Below, one piece after another: positions 25,000 to 37,607 of a stretch of DNA of 64,000 nt. The DNA comes from Cycas panzhihuaensis (Eukaryota > Plantae > Cycadophyta), in assembly GCA_023213395.1 (NCBI GenBank), contig CM041465.1:88419741-88483740 (forward strand), given 5' to 3'. The notes beneath the pieces are model-generated. The model worked only from the letters and a program-made list of their open reading frames with translations, did no database searches and was not told where the DNA came from. Each line of letters starts with the position of its first letter. The stretch's first letter is position 1. The translations under genes and the position numbers were made by a program.

Positions 25000-27421
25000 C
25001 AATGACAACCTTATATCGGTGGAAACACCAATGCAAGAGAGGATAGTTGGAACAAATAGCTCCCATTGTCACATGGTACCAATTTAAAATCTCCATGTGA
25101 TAGAAGCTTTATTGAACGAGGTACACAACAGAGTTTTACCTTAGGTGATAACATTTGAGGCAAGAAAACTAATGAATGTACAAGTACACAAATGGCATTC
25201 ATCGAATGAGCAACAAGCTAGACATAGATGAAGAGGAAAACAAGATGATGATTAAATACATTGGCGATATGCATATTCATCTAAATTTCATGAAGACTCT
25301 GGATGAAGCTTTCCAATTTCCAGCCAAGGTAGGGGCTAAAGAAAAAATTGATTGCATCACTTCATATTCCTCTAATGTCGCTTTTAGTTCTTCTGTGATT
25401 TGCAGAAAGGGTAAAATACCCACGAAGATTCAAAACCCCAACTTTTAAAGCCTAACTTTCCCAAAGGTGAAGAAAGCAGCACTCATCAAGAAATTGTGTA
25501 ACAATTGAAAAGTAGCTGCTCATAGTGATGCCACACGATGGAAACAACACCCTAAACAAACGTCAAAACACTATAGGAAGACGTTTTAAACATATGCCAA
25601 GAGCCATGAGACACAGGTAGAGGCACCAGTTTAAGCAAAATCTAGCTTGGTGCTTATGGCCAACAGTAGGATGAGGAAAGGAAAAAGTTGTTTCAAACCA
25701 ACATGCAAACCAATCAATGATTATTTTTGACAATATTTGATAAGCATTCTCAAAATGAAATGAAATGAAAATTTATTGTTGTCCATGGACAACTCAAAAT
25801 GGTCAATGAGACTAAGGAGACAACATATATATGCTTGTGCCAAAGGAGTACATTAGGCATCTCCAGGTAAGAATCTAATTCTAAAAATCTAAAACCTAAT
25901 GTCTAAACTCTAAAATCTAGACTAAATATAATATAAAGTACATGTAAGATGCAATTAGGAAGCATGAAATTTATGTAATATAGCCATAAAGCAATAATGA
26001 TGTAAAGTGATAGACAACTAAGAGCTAATTAACCTATCCATCGCCATCCACTACAGTACAGTCTTCTAGTGTTTGGTGTGTGTGTGGTGGAGCTAAAACA
26101 GACATACAAGCCTAATGGACCTCATAAATAGTAAAGAAACAATGCTAATGAATAATTAATAATAATTAGGAAAATGAAAGATTGTGTTTATTTATCTTAA
26201 AGAGATGTCCTTTCATATTTAGATACTATATATGCATTATCCCTTACTATTTGGCACCATTCAATTAATCAATTCAACATTTTAACCTTTGATAAATTCG
26301 GCCTCAAACCAACAACATTTAGCTTACAAGTGTTAGCAATTTTGGGTCACCTCACGGAGAAGATCATCTATTGAGAGTCTCTATCATGGACATGGGGTTT
26401 TTGATTGTGAAGGAAGATGCGGTATCTCCTAATGTCTCATATGAAAAAATGTCTCCCCTTATCATCCAAGGTTGAATCCCTCCTAAAAAAAGGTGTAAAA
26501 GGTGGTGATGAGGACTTAATCTAAGCCTTTGTGTATACAATCAAAATTTATAATAGCATGACTAGCTTCAAAGTCTCTTGGATCAACACCAAGTTGTCTT
26601 CCAAGAACCCTCAGATATGCCTCCTATGAGGGAAGCTCATCATAGCGTCACCTTGGCGCCTAGATCCTCACTTACCAATGTAAAGTTGTACGAAACTTCA
26701 ACCTTTGAACATGTTGAAATCAAGAGACAGGTAACAAGGTTGGTGATGAAAGGGCACATCAAACTTAGTGCATCAACATGCAAGTTGCTCATCCTCTTCG
26801 TGCCAAAGAAAAACAGCACTTGACAAATGTGTGTTGGCTACCACACCTTAAACAAGATCACAATAAAAAAAATAGGTATCCTTTTTCACATATAAATGAT
26901 TTAATTGACCAATTACAAGGTGCCAAGTTCTTCACTGATGTAGAATTGAAATTGCATTGCCATCAAGTACACATGGAGGTGGAAGACATGTGACAACCCA
27001 CTTTCAAAACACAACAAGGTTTGTTTGAGTTGTCAACAATGCCATTTGAGCCCATCACCACACCAAGAGGTTAATGAATGTCCCAAGACCCACCATCCAT
27101 AGTTTGATCATTGTGGATTTAGATGATGTATGTATATTTAGCCATACCTAAGACAACCATGTGCAACATGTATAGATAATCCTAGAGTAGCTTTAAGAAG
27201 ACAATTTGTAAACTAACATGGAGAAATGTTTTTTCGTTAATAAGAACTTTAGTTAACTGGGTTTCATGGTCAATGAACATGGTTTGGAGATAAATCTGAC
27301 CAAGATTTGGATTTTGCTAAAGTGGTCCACAACTATTAATTTATTTGGGTTGGGGAGCGTTATGGGACTTGCAAACTTCAACATGAGTTTTGTATGCTTA
27401 GATATTCCCATATTGCAATAC
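25000..27421 (+). pseudogene. Old Ty3/Gypsy gag/RT remnant, host of element A (5' part)
   Basis: VFQEPSDMPPMR, EIKRQV, LFVPKK, NRYPFSHINDLIDQLQGAKFF and DLDD RT motifs. The left boundary is approximate. Confidence 0.8.
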
Positions 27422-30181
27422 CACATTGTGGAAATTCCAATGGGAATTCACACCTCAAACACAAATAATATCCACACACAAGACTATCTTCCAAGGCTTT
27501 GAACAAGTAAACAAGCATTAAAAGCAAATATTGAAGTGAAAAGTATAATATCCATAGCTTTATGATCCAAATAGACTTAATATTAAAGTGAAATAACACC
27601 AATAAGGTATGTACAAAAGATACCAAACTTATAGTAAGTAGAGCTACTGGCTTCCTCTTCGAGGCGAGGTGTCCTCCCAAAACAGCTCCTTGAAGCCCAA
27701 AATATGGCAGAAATAGAACCCAAAATTGATGATAAAATCCTAGGCCGAAAGGCCCTATATATAGGTAGCCAAACCCGTATTAAGCGAGTTGATCAAAAGA
27801 TAGGGTAAAGTCAGCTAGAATAAATAGTCAAAGTTGGTTAGACTACTTAATGAAGTTGGCCATAAAATAATGTCTAAGTTGACCAATAAATTAGTGAAAC
27901 ATCTAGAGAAGGAACGCTACAAGTCCCTCCCCCCTGAAAGCATGCTTTGCCCTCAAAGCATGGGAAGGTTTCTATGTTGTTGGTACCCTTCTTTCAATTC
28001 CCAAGTGGCTTCTTTGCAATCTAGAGTCTTCCACTTTATCAGGTATTTATGAATTTCTTTGGAGCATAGTTTCTTAGTTCGTATATGTAAGATGCTTCCT
28101 GGTTCTATTACCATCTTGCCTTCTTAATCCAATACTAGTAATTACAATCGCAGAACAGTAGTTTGTCCTAACTTCCATTTGAGACATGAGACATGGAAGA
28201 CATTATGGATGTCAATACGTCACTTCTCCTACTTTGTCTAAAATCTAGTATGGACCAAAGAATTGCGGCTATAATTTGAATTTTCTCGATTGTTTCATCC
28301 TGGCTTGTTTGTATAGTTGAAGCCTTAGGAACACCCAATCTCCTACCTCGAATGATCTTTCTATTTTGTGTAAGTCATCTTATTGTTTCATGTGATTTTT
28401 GGTTAAGTTTAGGTTGTCCTTTAGTATTTGCATCATTTACTCCATTCACTCTTGTTGTTCTCAAATGCATTGGACCCGTGGGGTAGTAGCCCATGTGAGA
28501 AGTAAAGGAGGTTTGAAGCCATATAATACTTGGAAGGGGGTCATTTTGGTGGATGTATGGTAGGTAGTGTTATACCAGCATTCGGCCAAGTGAATCCATT
28601 TATGCCTTTATTGTTGTTTGTCAAATGTGAAATTCTGTAGATACCCTTCTAGACATTTATTTACTATCATTGTTTAATCATCAGTCTGTGGATAGGTCAT
28701 GCTCAAGGAAAATTTTGTACTAGCTTGCTTGAACAATTCTTGCCAGAAGTTGCTTGTGAACTTGCGGTCACAATCGCTAACGATGACTTTTGGGAACCCA
28801 TGGAGATGATGGATCTCCTTGATGAAAACCTCAACAATTTGACTCGCTTTTGCAATTACTTAGATTCCTTTGAAATGGGCATATTTGGTTAGACAGTCGA
28901 CTATAACAAAGATTGTGTCCTTGCCTTCTAACCTGGTAAACCTGTAATCAAATCCATTGAAACTTCCTCCCATTTCCATTTTGGTACACATAGGGGTTGA
29001 AGTAATCTAAGGATCTTTATGCTTTTATTCTTGTTCCTTTGAACACATCATATTTTGAAACAGAGCTGTGAATATCTATTTTCATTCTTTTCCAAAAAAA
29101 TGTATTGCAAATTTGGCAATAGGTCTTATCAATTCCGACATGTCCTATCATTGGAGTGGAATGTGCTTCGAAAAGAATTTTGTTCTTGAATTCAAACGTA
29201 GTTGGTACAACAATCTTTCACTTCCATGGAATTAGGCCACCTTTGAGTTCATACTTGGTTTGTCCTCTGGTGCAAATTTCTTGTAGTATTTTCTGGGTCA
29301 TTGGGTCATCCAAATATTCTTCAATTAGCTCGTGGTTCTAGCTTGGGGTAGCTATGGAAATTATCTGCATGGAATTGTCGTCAAGGATTCACAATAGTGC
29401 ATCTGCAACAACATTTTCTTTTTCTTCTTGTAAATAATATCAAAATCAAATGTCTAAAGTTTACTTACCCTTTTTTGTTGCTTGCCCAATAGGTTTTTCT
29501 AGTTCAGGAAGTACTTGAGACTATTATGATCAGTTTTGGCCATGAATTTGCTTCCTAATAGATATTGATGCTATTAGTGTGTAGCATGCATAATTGCTAG
29601 CATCTCCTTGTCGTAAATAGGTTTTAGTCATTCTCTTGTATTTAGTTTGCGACTTTCATATGTTAATGGTCAGTCGTCTTGTAGAAGCATGACCCCTATC
29701 CCTACATGCTTCACATTCTAGAACAAATGGGCAACTAAAGTCAGATGTTGTGAGAATTGGGGCCATGATCATTGTTGTTTTCAACCCTTGAAATGCTTAG
29801 TTGGCAGGTTTGCCCCATGTGAATGCCTCCTTCTTAGTTAGATTAGTCAATGGTGTTGCGATACTAGCATATCCCTTAATGACATGATGTAGGAACCCTA
29901 CAATGCCTAAGAAGCTTTTTATGTCAGTTGCATTTTTTCAGAGTGGGCCATTCTATAATTGCCCGAATCTTCTTAGGGCCCATTTTGATAGCCTCCCATG
30001 TGATAATATGCCCAAGATACTTGAGTTCTGTCTGTCCAAGAGTATATTTAGCTTTGTTTGCTAAGAATTAATTGTTTTCTAATATCTGCATTACTGCCTT
30101 AATGTGCTCTAAATGCTCCTCCCACATTTTGCTATAAATTAGAATGTCATCAAAATATACCAATACAAATTTGTATAGATG

Positions 30182-33100
30182 AACTCAGAATAACTTGTGT
30201 GTTTATTATGAGAGATGAATTCTTTATATATACAATGTGAAATCAGAATCATACATGTCGATTGACACATAACATACACTTGTCTATGTTACAAAAAAAG
30301 GAGTGTTACACGACCCTCAAAACATTCCTAGATAAAACATTATATTCTAACACCCTCTCTTAATGTTTTATCTTTTCAATCCTATTTTATCTCTAAGAAC
30401 TTGAAACTTGTCTTTGCTAAGTAGCTTTGTTAAAATATCTGCAACCTGCTCGTTTGTTGGGTAGTATGTCAAATCAATTTCTTTGCTTTGTTACTTTTTC
30501 CCATATGAAGTGATGATGCACTTTAATATGCTTTGTTCAAGCATGGAGAACTAGATTTTTTGGTTAGCTTGATGGCACTTTGATTGTCACTAAACAAGGT
30601 TGTTGACTTCTTTTGGTGTTGATCTAAATCTGACGGAAGTTGTCTAAGCCAAACTACTTCGCATGTTGCACTGACAGTTGATTTATATTTAGCTTTTGTG
30701 GATGAGAGAGTGATTGTGGGTTGTCTTTTGCTGCTCCTAGAAATTGCTACTGATCCAAGGAAGAAACAATAACCGCTTGTTGATCTCCTTTTCTCTTTGT
30801 CTCTTGCCCAGTCTGAATCACAACATCCAATTAATTTATTTGGTTTTAACTTTGGATATGTGAGTTTCAAATCAGTTGTTCCTTTTAGGTATCTAAGTAT
30901 TTTTTTTGCAACTTTCCAATGTCTCACCTTTGGATCTTGCATATTTCTAGAAACTAGACTTACTGAATATGAGATATCAGGTTTAGGTGCAGTGAGATAT
31001 ATCGAGCTACCAATCAACTGCCTGTACAATGTTCCATTGACTCCTAATTCCCTTTCATCTGGAGTGAGATCACAGTTGATTTCCATGGATGTTATACAAC
31101 TGTTGCTTTCTTCCATTTTAAATTTAATTAGTAGATTTTTTATATATCTACTCTGGGGACAAGGAGATTGAATCTTGTTTTTAATCGACCTCTATGCCTA
31201 GATAGTAGTTTAGAAGTCCCAAGTCTATCATCTCATAGCCCTTTTCCAACTAAGCCTTTATATCAGTGACTAACTCTACATCACTACTTGTGAGGATCAT
31301 ATCATCCACATAGACTGCAATTATTGTGATCAATCCCTATCTTCTCTTTGGATATAAGCTAGAGTCAGAGCTGCACGTATGAAAGCCATTCTAGATGAGG
31401 TATTTGTCTAATTTAGCATACCAGGTTCTTGAACTTTGCTTTAGGCCATATAAAGCCTTTTTCAATCTACAAACAAGATTTTCCTGACTGTTTTGAACAT
31501 ACCTTTCTGGTTGTCTCATGTAGACGCCTTTCTCGAGTTCACCATTCATAAAGGTGCTCTTCACATCTAACTGATAGATTTTCCAGTTATGTTGAGTTGT
31601 TGATGCAATTATTGCTCTCGCAATGTCCAATTTGGCTACTGGTGAGAATGTCTCTTCATAATCTATTCTAACAGTCTGAGTATAGCCCTTGGCTACTAGC
31701 CTAGCCTTATACTTGTTTATTATGCCATCAACATTCTCCTTTATCCTATATACCCACTTGCAACTGACTACTGACTTTCCAGGAGGCAAATCTGCCAACT
31801 CCCAAGCCTAGTTTTTGGAAATTGATTCCATCTCTGCTTCCATTGTTGCTTGCCATTCCTCATGTCCTTTTGCTTCTTCAAACGATTGTGGCTTTATGTT
31901 AAACGATTGTGGCTTTATGTTAAAGAACAAGGCATGGTGCTTTTGACTTCTTGTCTCGTGTATGTACATGTCTCCTTTACGTTCCTCGATGGTCTTGAGA
32001 TACCATTTTGGTACTCTTTTTTCCTTCTTTCTTTCTTCTTCAGTGAATGAGTCTTTGGGAGATGATTCTTCTTCTTCAATGGGTGGACTTTTTCGAGATT
32101 GTGAAGCCCTCTCTGAATCATCTGTTTCTATGTCCTCTGAAGTAATCCCAAAGATTTCTTCAGTAAGAGGTTCTTTTTGAAGTATTCTCTTGGGAATTTC
32201 TTCAAATTAATTGCTGGATTGGAGTATCCTTTATAAGATAATCTTCGTTAAAGACAACATCCCTACTTATATGGATCTTATTTGTTTTAGGATCTATACA
32301 TTTATAGGCCTTTGAATTTCTACTGTATCCAACCATTATACATTCTATGCTTTTGGAGTCAAGTTTGGATCTCTTCCTACTTGGTATGTGAACAAATGCT
32401 TGACATCCAAAAACTTTTAAATTACTTACGTCTAGTTTGACCACGGCCCATGCTTCTTCATGAGTGATTTGTTCTAAAGCCTTTGTACGACTCTGGTTTA
32501 TGAGATAGCCAGCAATATAGATTGTCTCTGCCCAATAGGGTTTTGAGACCACCTTTTCTTCGATCATGCTAAGAGCCATCTCTATAATTGTCCTGTTTTT
32601 GCGTTCAGCAACTCCGTTAGAGTGAGGTGTGTAACCGGTTGTAATTTGTCTGCATAATCCATGTGTTTTGTAGAAATTCAAGAATTCTTTCAAAATGTAT
32701 TCTCCTCCACCATCTGACCTGATACATTTGATTTTTTATCCAGATTCCAATTCAACTTCAGCTTTAAATTCTTTGAATTTTTGAAAACCTCAGATTTATT
32801 GTAGAGAAAGTAAATCTGAGTTTTCTTAGAAAAGTCATCAATGAAAATTAAGAAGTATCTAGCACCAGTAATTGAGTGAGGAGTAAGAGGGCCACACAGA
32901 TCAGTATGTACTAGCTCTAATCTATTTTGAGCTTGCCATTCGTTTGTCTTAAAGGAAAACGATGTTGTATCCCAACCAAGCAACTTTTGCAAACAAAGTG
33001 TTGAAATGAAATATTTGGAAGACCATTCACCATTTTTTATTTTTGTAACTGTGCTAACCTGTCTGATGAGATATGCCCATTCTTCAAGTGCCACAATTTA

Positions 33101-35367
33101 TTATTATTAGTGTTGGCTACAGTACATGCTTTTATATCTTGATTGATTGTTACAGGATTAGAAAGTAATCTATATAAGTTGTTACTTTCTATTCCTTTAG
33201 TAATTACAGCACCATATTTCTTCATATTTAAAATGTAACAATGTCCTTCCTCATCAAATACAGTCCTCAGCTTTTTCTTTCCTAACCAGGAGACAAAAAG
33301 AAGTCTCTTTTTCAATCCATGCACAAAAAGCACATTATCAATTTTCTACACAACATCTTTTACTTTAATTACTATGATTCCAACCCCTTTGATGTTTAGC
33401 AGATACTTATCCCCTAACTCAATAGATTTGTTTGAAGCATAGGGTTTCAGTGATTCAAACCAATCTTCTCGTGCTGTCATATGCCTTGATGCTCTAGAGT
33501 CAATGTACCACACCTCTTCGTCCTTGGGACCAATAGTGAGTGCAGCAATGAATGTGATTTCTTTTTCATCTTCGTTGTCCTACTCTTTGCTATAATTTCC
33601 TGCAGGGCATTTCCCTCTCTGGATTTCAACCCTTCTCTACGAGCATTGATAGGGATAATGCCCAGATTGCCCACAGTGGTAACAAACATCAAAGGCTCTG
33701 CAACTACTCGAAAAATGGCCTATTTTTTCGTAGTTGAAACATACCCTAGCTTCTCTGGGTGGAATGTTGCATCCTCGTCCTCGATCTTCTTGCCATCTCC
33801 CACGAGACAGGGTTCTGGTATCAGGGGCTCGTGCACATCTGCGAAATTGCCCCCTTCCTCTAGGTCCCAAATGGAGTTTGGTCACAAAGGCATCTTCTAC
33901 TTCTACTGAATCTTCGTATCGTTTGTTCCTTTGTTTTTAACTCAACAACAAACATGTTAAAGTATCAAGAGTCATTGTATTAATTTAATCATTATTGATT
34001 ATTATATTGATTGTAACATCAAAGGATTTCGAAAGCTTGGTTGCTATCATCTCCACAATCTCCTACTCTAAGATATTTGCCCCAACACTCATCAGGTCAA
34101 TTTTAATTGATATTACCTTGTGGGTGAATTCTGAAATTGTTTCAGTATCCTTCATGTATAGCTTAAACAACTCTTCTTTGAGGGCTATGATTCTTGCTCA
34201 ATTATTTTGGCTATACATATTTTCTAAATAACTGAGGAGGAATTCTATTTCTCAACATAGATGAGAACGGGATCAGAAACAGATAATTTTAGTACTATTA
34301 TCCCTGCATTGTCTCTTTCTTGCCAATTCGTTTGAGCAGTACCAGCAACTACAAGTTTAGTTTCAGTTCCAGTGGCTATATTTCGGGCCTTTTTGGCCCT
34401 TAACAAAGTTTCCACTTTGATTTTACATATATGGTAGTTGGAATCAGTTAATTTATCCTGCTCAGCGAGCGTCAATATAGAAGCAGCCATGATCAAATCA
34501 AAAAACAAAGGTTTTCGAGGGCTAACCATATGATTGTATGGATTTCTGTACGATTTTGCAAGTGTACAAATTTGGACAAAACCTACCTCAAATCAAAGGT
34601 TTTTTTGAGAGGAGTCTAGATCTGTAAGTCTTTTTGTAAGATTCTGCCGAGGTTATTCAGAAACTGTCTCAAAATACAAAATAGGGTGGCTAGGTTTTTT
34701 GGGAATTTTGCTCGTAAAATAAAAAATCCTTGATCAAAATCTTCAAAACTGGTCTAGAAATATTTGTATTACTGAAATGAAGATTTTGCAATAGATTTTA
34801 TCAGAAGGAACCAAAAATTCTTACTAGAATTAATGTATGACGTTTCAAACTTGTGCCCCTGGTAATATGTCAGAAACTCCTTGAAGATGACCTTGAATGA
34901 CTTCGACCCAGTTGACAAAGATGACATCCATACTGAGATCTATCTACTGGTGAAGTTTCGTCAAAACTTAGCACTTTCAGATGTTCTCGTCCGTACAGGC
35001 CCGTACACAGTCAATTTCTTCGTTCTTCTAACAAATGTATATCTTCTTCTTCAAAAGATTACTTTAATCGTCGTTACCTCTTTTCCTTAAGTTAACGAAC
35101 TAATCTTTGGAAATCTCAGACTGTTCCTCTTTCATTTTCTCTTTCAAGCACGCAAATTGCCCTGCTCTGATACCATGTTAAACATAAACTCAGATTGAAA
35201 AATAACTTGGGTGTTTATTATGAGAGATGAACTCTTTATATATACAATGTGAAACTGTAACCGCCATGTATTTGATTGACATGTGGCATACACTTGTCTA
35301 TGTTACAAAAAATAGGGGTGTTATATGACCCTCAAAACATTCCTAGATAAAACATTATATTCTAACA
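30182..35367 (-). mobile_element. Decayed Ty1/Copia element nested in the RT of element A
   Basis: Short LTRs ~30182-30352 (outer end clipped) and 35176-35367; PBS 35164-35175; PPT at 30353; motifs HTDLCGP, FIDDFS, NGVAERKNRT, KKALYGLKQ and CDSDWA. Confidence 0.93.
31880..31923. repeat. 21-bp tandem duplication
   Basis: aaacgattgtggctttatgtt x2, seen directly. Confidence 0.9.
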
Positions 35368-35570
35368 GGTTTTAGTATTGTGGTCATGGTGCTTTGGAAT
35401 GTGGTTGGCATGTTAGTTAGCCCAAATGGCATGACACGTATTCAAATAGCAATTCGATGGTTTGGAAGGTTGTCTTGTATATGTCTTCAACCTTAATGCA
35501 TATTTGGTAGGGTCTCAAACACAGATCTATGTTAGAAATGTGCTGACCTCTATGTAGTCCATTGAGTATG

Positions 35571-37607
35571 TGTTATGATCCTCTACCATATGAGATTACT
35601 CTTCTTGTAATTATCCCACATGCAAAAGTCCAAGAGATGGGCGACCTTAATAGCCCTATATATATATGTATATAATGTATGAGTGAGATCACCATTGAGT
35701 ATTTGTGATCTTATGTTAATGACTATGCTTCGAAACTTTACCTCCTTTGTCTTCTTTCTATCATTTTCTCTTCCCTTTCTCTATCTTGAGTGGTTACAGG
35801 ATTAGGTTTGTAACAATTTATATCAGAACAGCGATCTAGGAGGTGCCATCAAGGGCTTGATGGCATATCCAGGAGAATAAACGTTCCAATTTTTAAGAAG
35901 CAATAGCGAATTTGAGACAAAATGACTTGTCTTGCAAATTTTGAGTGGTCACACTATAGATTTTGGGGGCTGAAAGTGCGAAAATTACAATAGATTTAAT
36001 TTTGGTCTGCTTTCTGTCATCAAATTTGAAGGCAAATCTACTACCTCAACTTCAAAGAGCCATAACTATGGCTACAAGGTATCAAAATGACCTCAAATGT
36101 TTTTTGATTCTTTGTGTTTTTTAATTTACTTTCCAATGGAAGTGGTTTGAGGTTGATTACAGTTCGGAGCAAAAAGTTATAGGCATTTTACCAATAGGTA
36201 CTATTGTAGTCTCTAAAAACCCTAGCTGTGACCTTTCTTAAAAAGGTCATAACTTTTGATCCAGACATCAGAATTCAATTTCATCTGAACTATTGGAACT
36301 ATATTTCAGAACACATCATCTTAATCTATATTTTGTATATTTTTTTGCTATATTTTTTTAGATATTAAATTTTGAAGTTAAGGGTTTCATATTGTACTTT
36401 TCTTGGCCATTCGGACTTTGGTCACAAAACCAATGGTCTCGAGGCCTAATATTTAATTTTTGTATCAAAATTAGGGGATAGTAGGCTATAGACACCCCCT
36501 ATTCTCTCCCACATCCATATTATCATGCCTACAAAAAAGCCCATACCATGCATATTTAGCGCAAATGGGACTCTTTTCGTAGATGACTGGGTTAATGATA
36601 TGCGTGCATATTTAAAATCACTTGATGATGACTACATGATCAACAAAGAGATGACTAAAGTAGCCTCATTGTATCTACAAGGAGAGACTTATCTTTGGTT
36701 TAAGAAGTGGTATGGATTTAGTCTATTCCAAACCTTTTACTTTCTACAATTAGCTATCCGTGAGAAATATGATGCTTTTTGGTGGTAAGAGATGCAAAGC
36801 ATTGAGCAAGAAAAGCAAGAAGCTCGCCAATACTCAAGAGGTTCAATCGTAAGGTGGGGCAAAGAATTCTCCCCACTCCACAATGTTAAGCACAACAGAA
36901 GAATGATGAGGGAGAAACTAAATATCAGGAGCAAGTAACAGAAGCTATTTGCCACCCCACACCACTAGTTGTAGCCAAGGGCAGGTTAAGAGAAGGCATC
37001 ACCAAAGGTTAAAAGACAAACTAAAGTGGGACCATATCAACATCCACATTATTAAGAGACCTAACACAACAAAACTTATCAGGCAAGGCCCTCATCAACT
37101 ACATACCCCAACCAAGCACAACATTCAAGCTTAAGGTTTCAACATTATAAGCATCCAAAGCATATCAGAGAACATCCAGGGTGTATCAAAATCTACTTGG
37201 GATGGATAGATCCCCATTCCATGCGCAACTTTTCTAATGACCTTCGCAGGACCTATCAATTGGATAATAGTAACAAGAGGTGGTCACATGTATAATTATA
37301 TCAGGATGCTTCAAGGGAAAAGCATCTTAGGGGGGAGGGCATGTTGTGATCCTCCACCATATGAGGTTACTCTTCTTGTAATTATCCCGCATGCATAAAT
37401 CCAAGAGATGGGCGGCCTTAATAGCCCTATATATATGTATGTAATGTATGAGTGGAATCACCATTGAGTATTTGTGATCTTATATTAATCAATGTTCTTT
37501 GGAACTTTACCTCCTCCTTTATCTTCTTTCTATCATTTTCTCTTCCCTTTCTCTATCTTGAGTGGTTATAGAATTAGGTCTGTAACAACAAAATTAGGTC
37601 TATAACA
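35571..37607 (+). mobile_element. Non-autonomous Gypsy-derived gag-only LTR element (~2.0 kb) nested in element A
   Basis: LTRs 35571-35815 and 37342-37587 (plus a 20-bp terminal duplication to 37607); decayed PBS atttatatcagaac; PPT gggggagggc; the host RT frame resumes on both sides. Confidence 0.88.
36525..36788 (+). pseudogene. Gypsy-type gag N-terminal (capsid-like) fragment
   Basis: DDWVNDMRAYL...KVASLYLQGETYLWF matches the W...Y...ASLHL.G.A..WF pattern in the gag of elements A-C. Confidence 0.65.
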
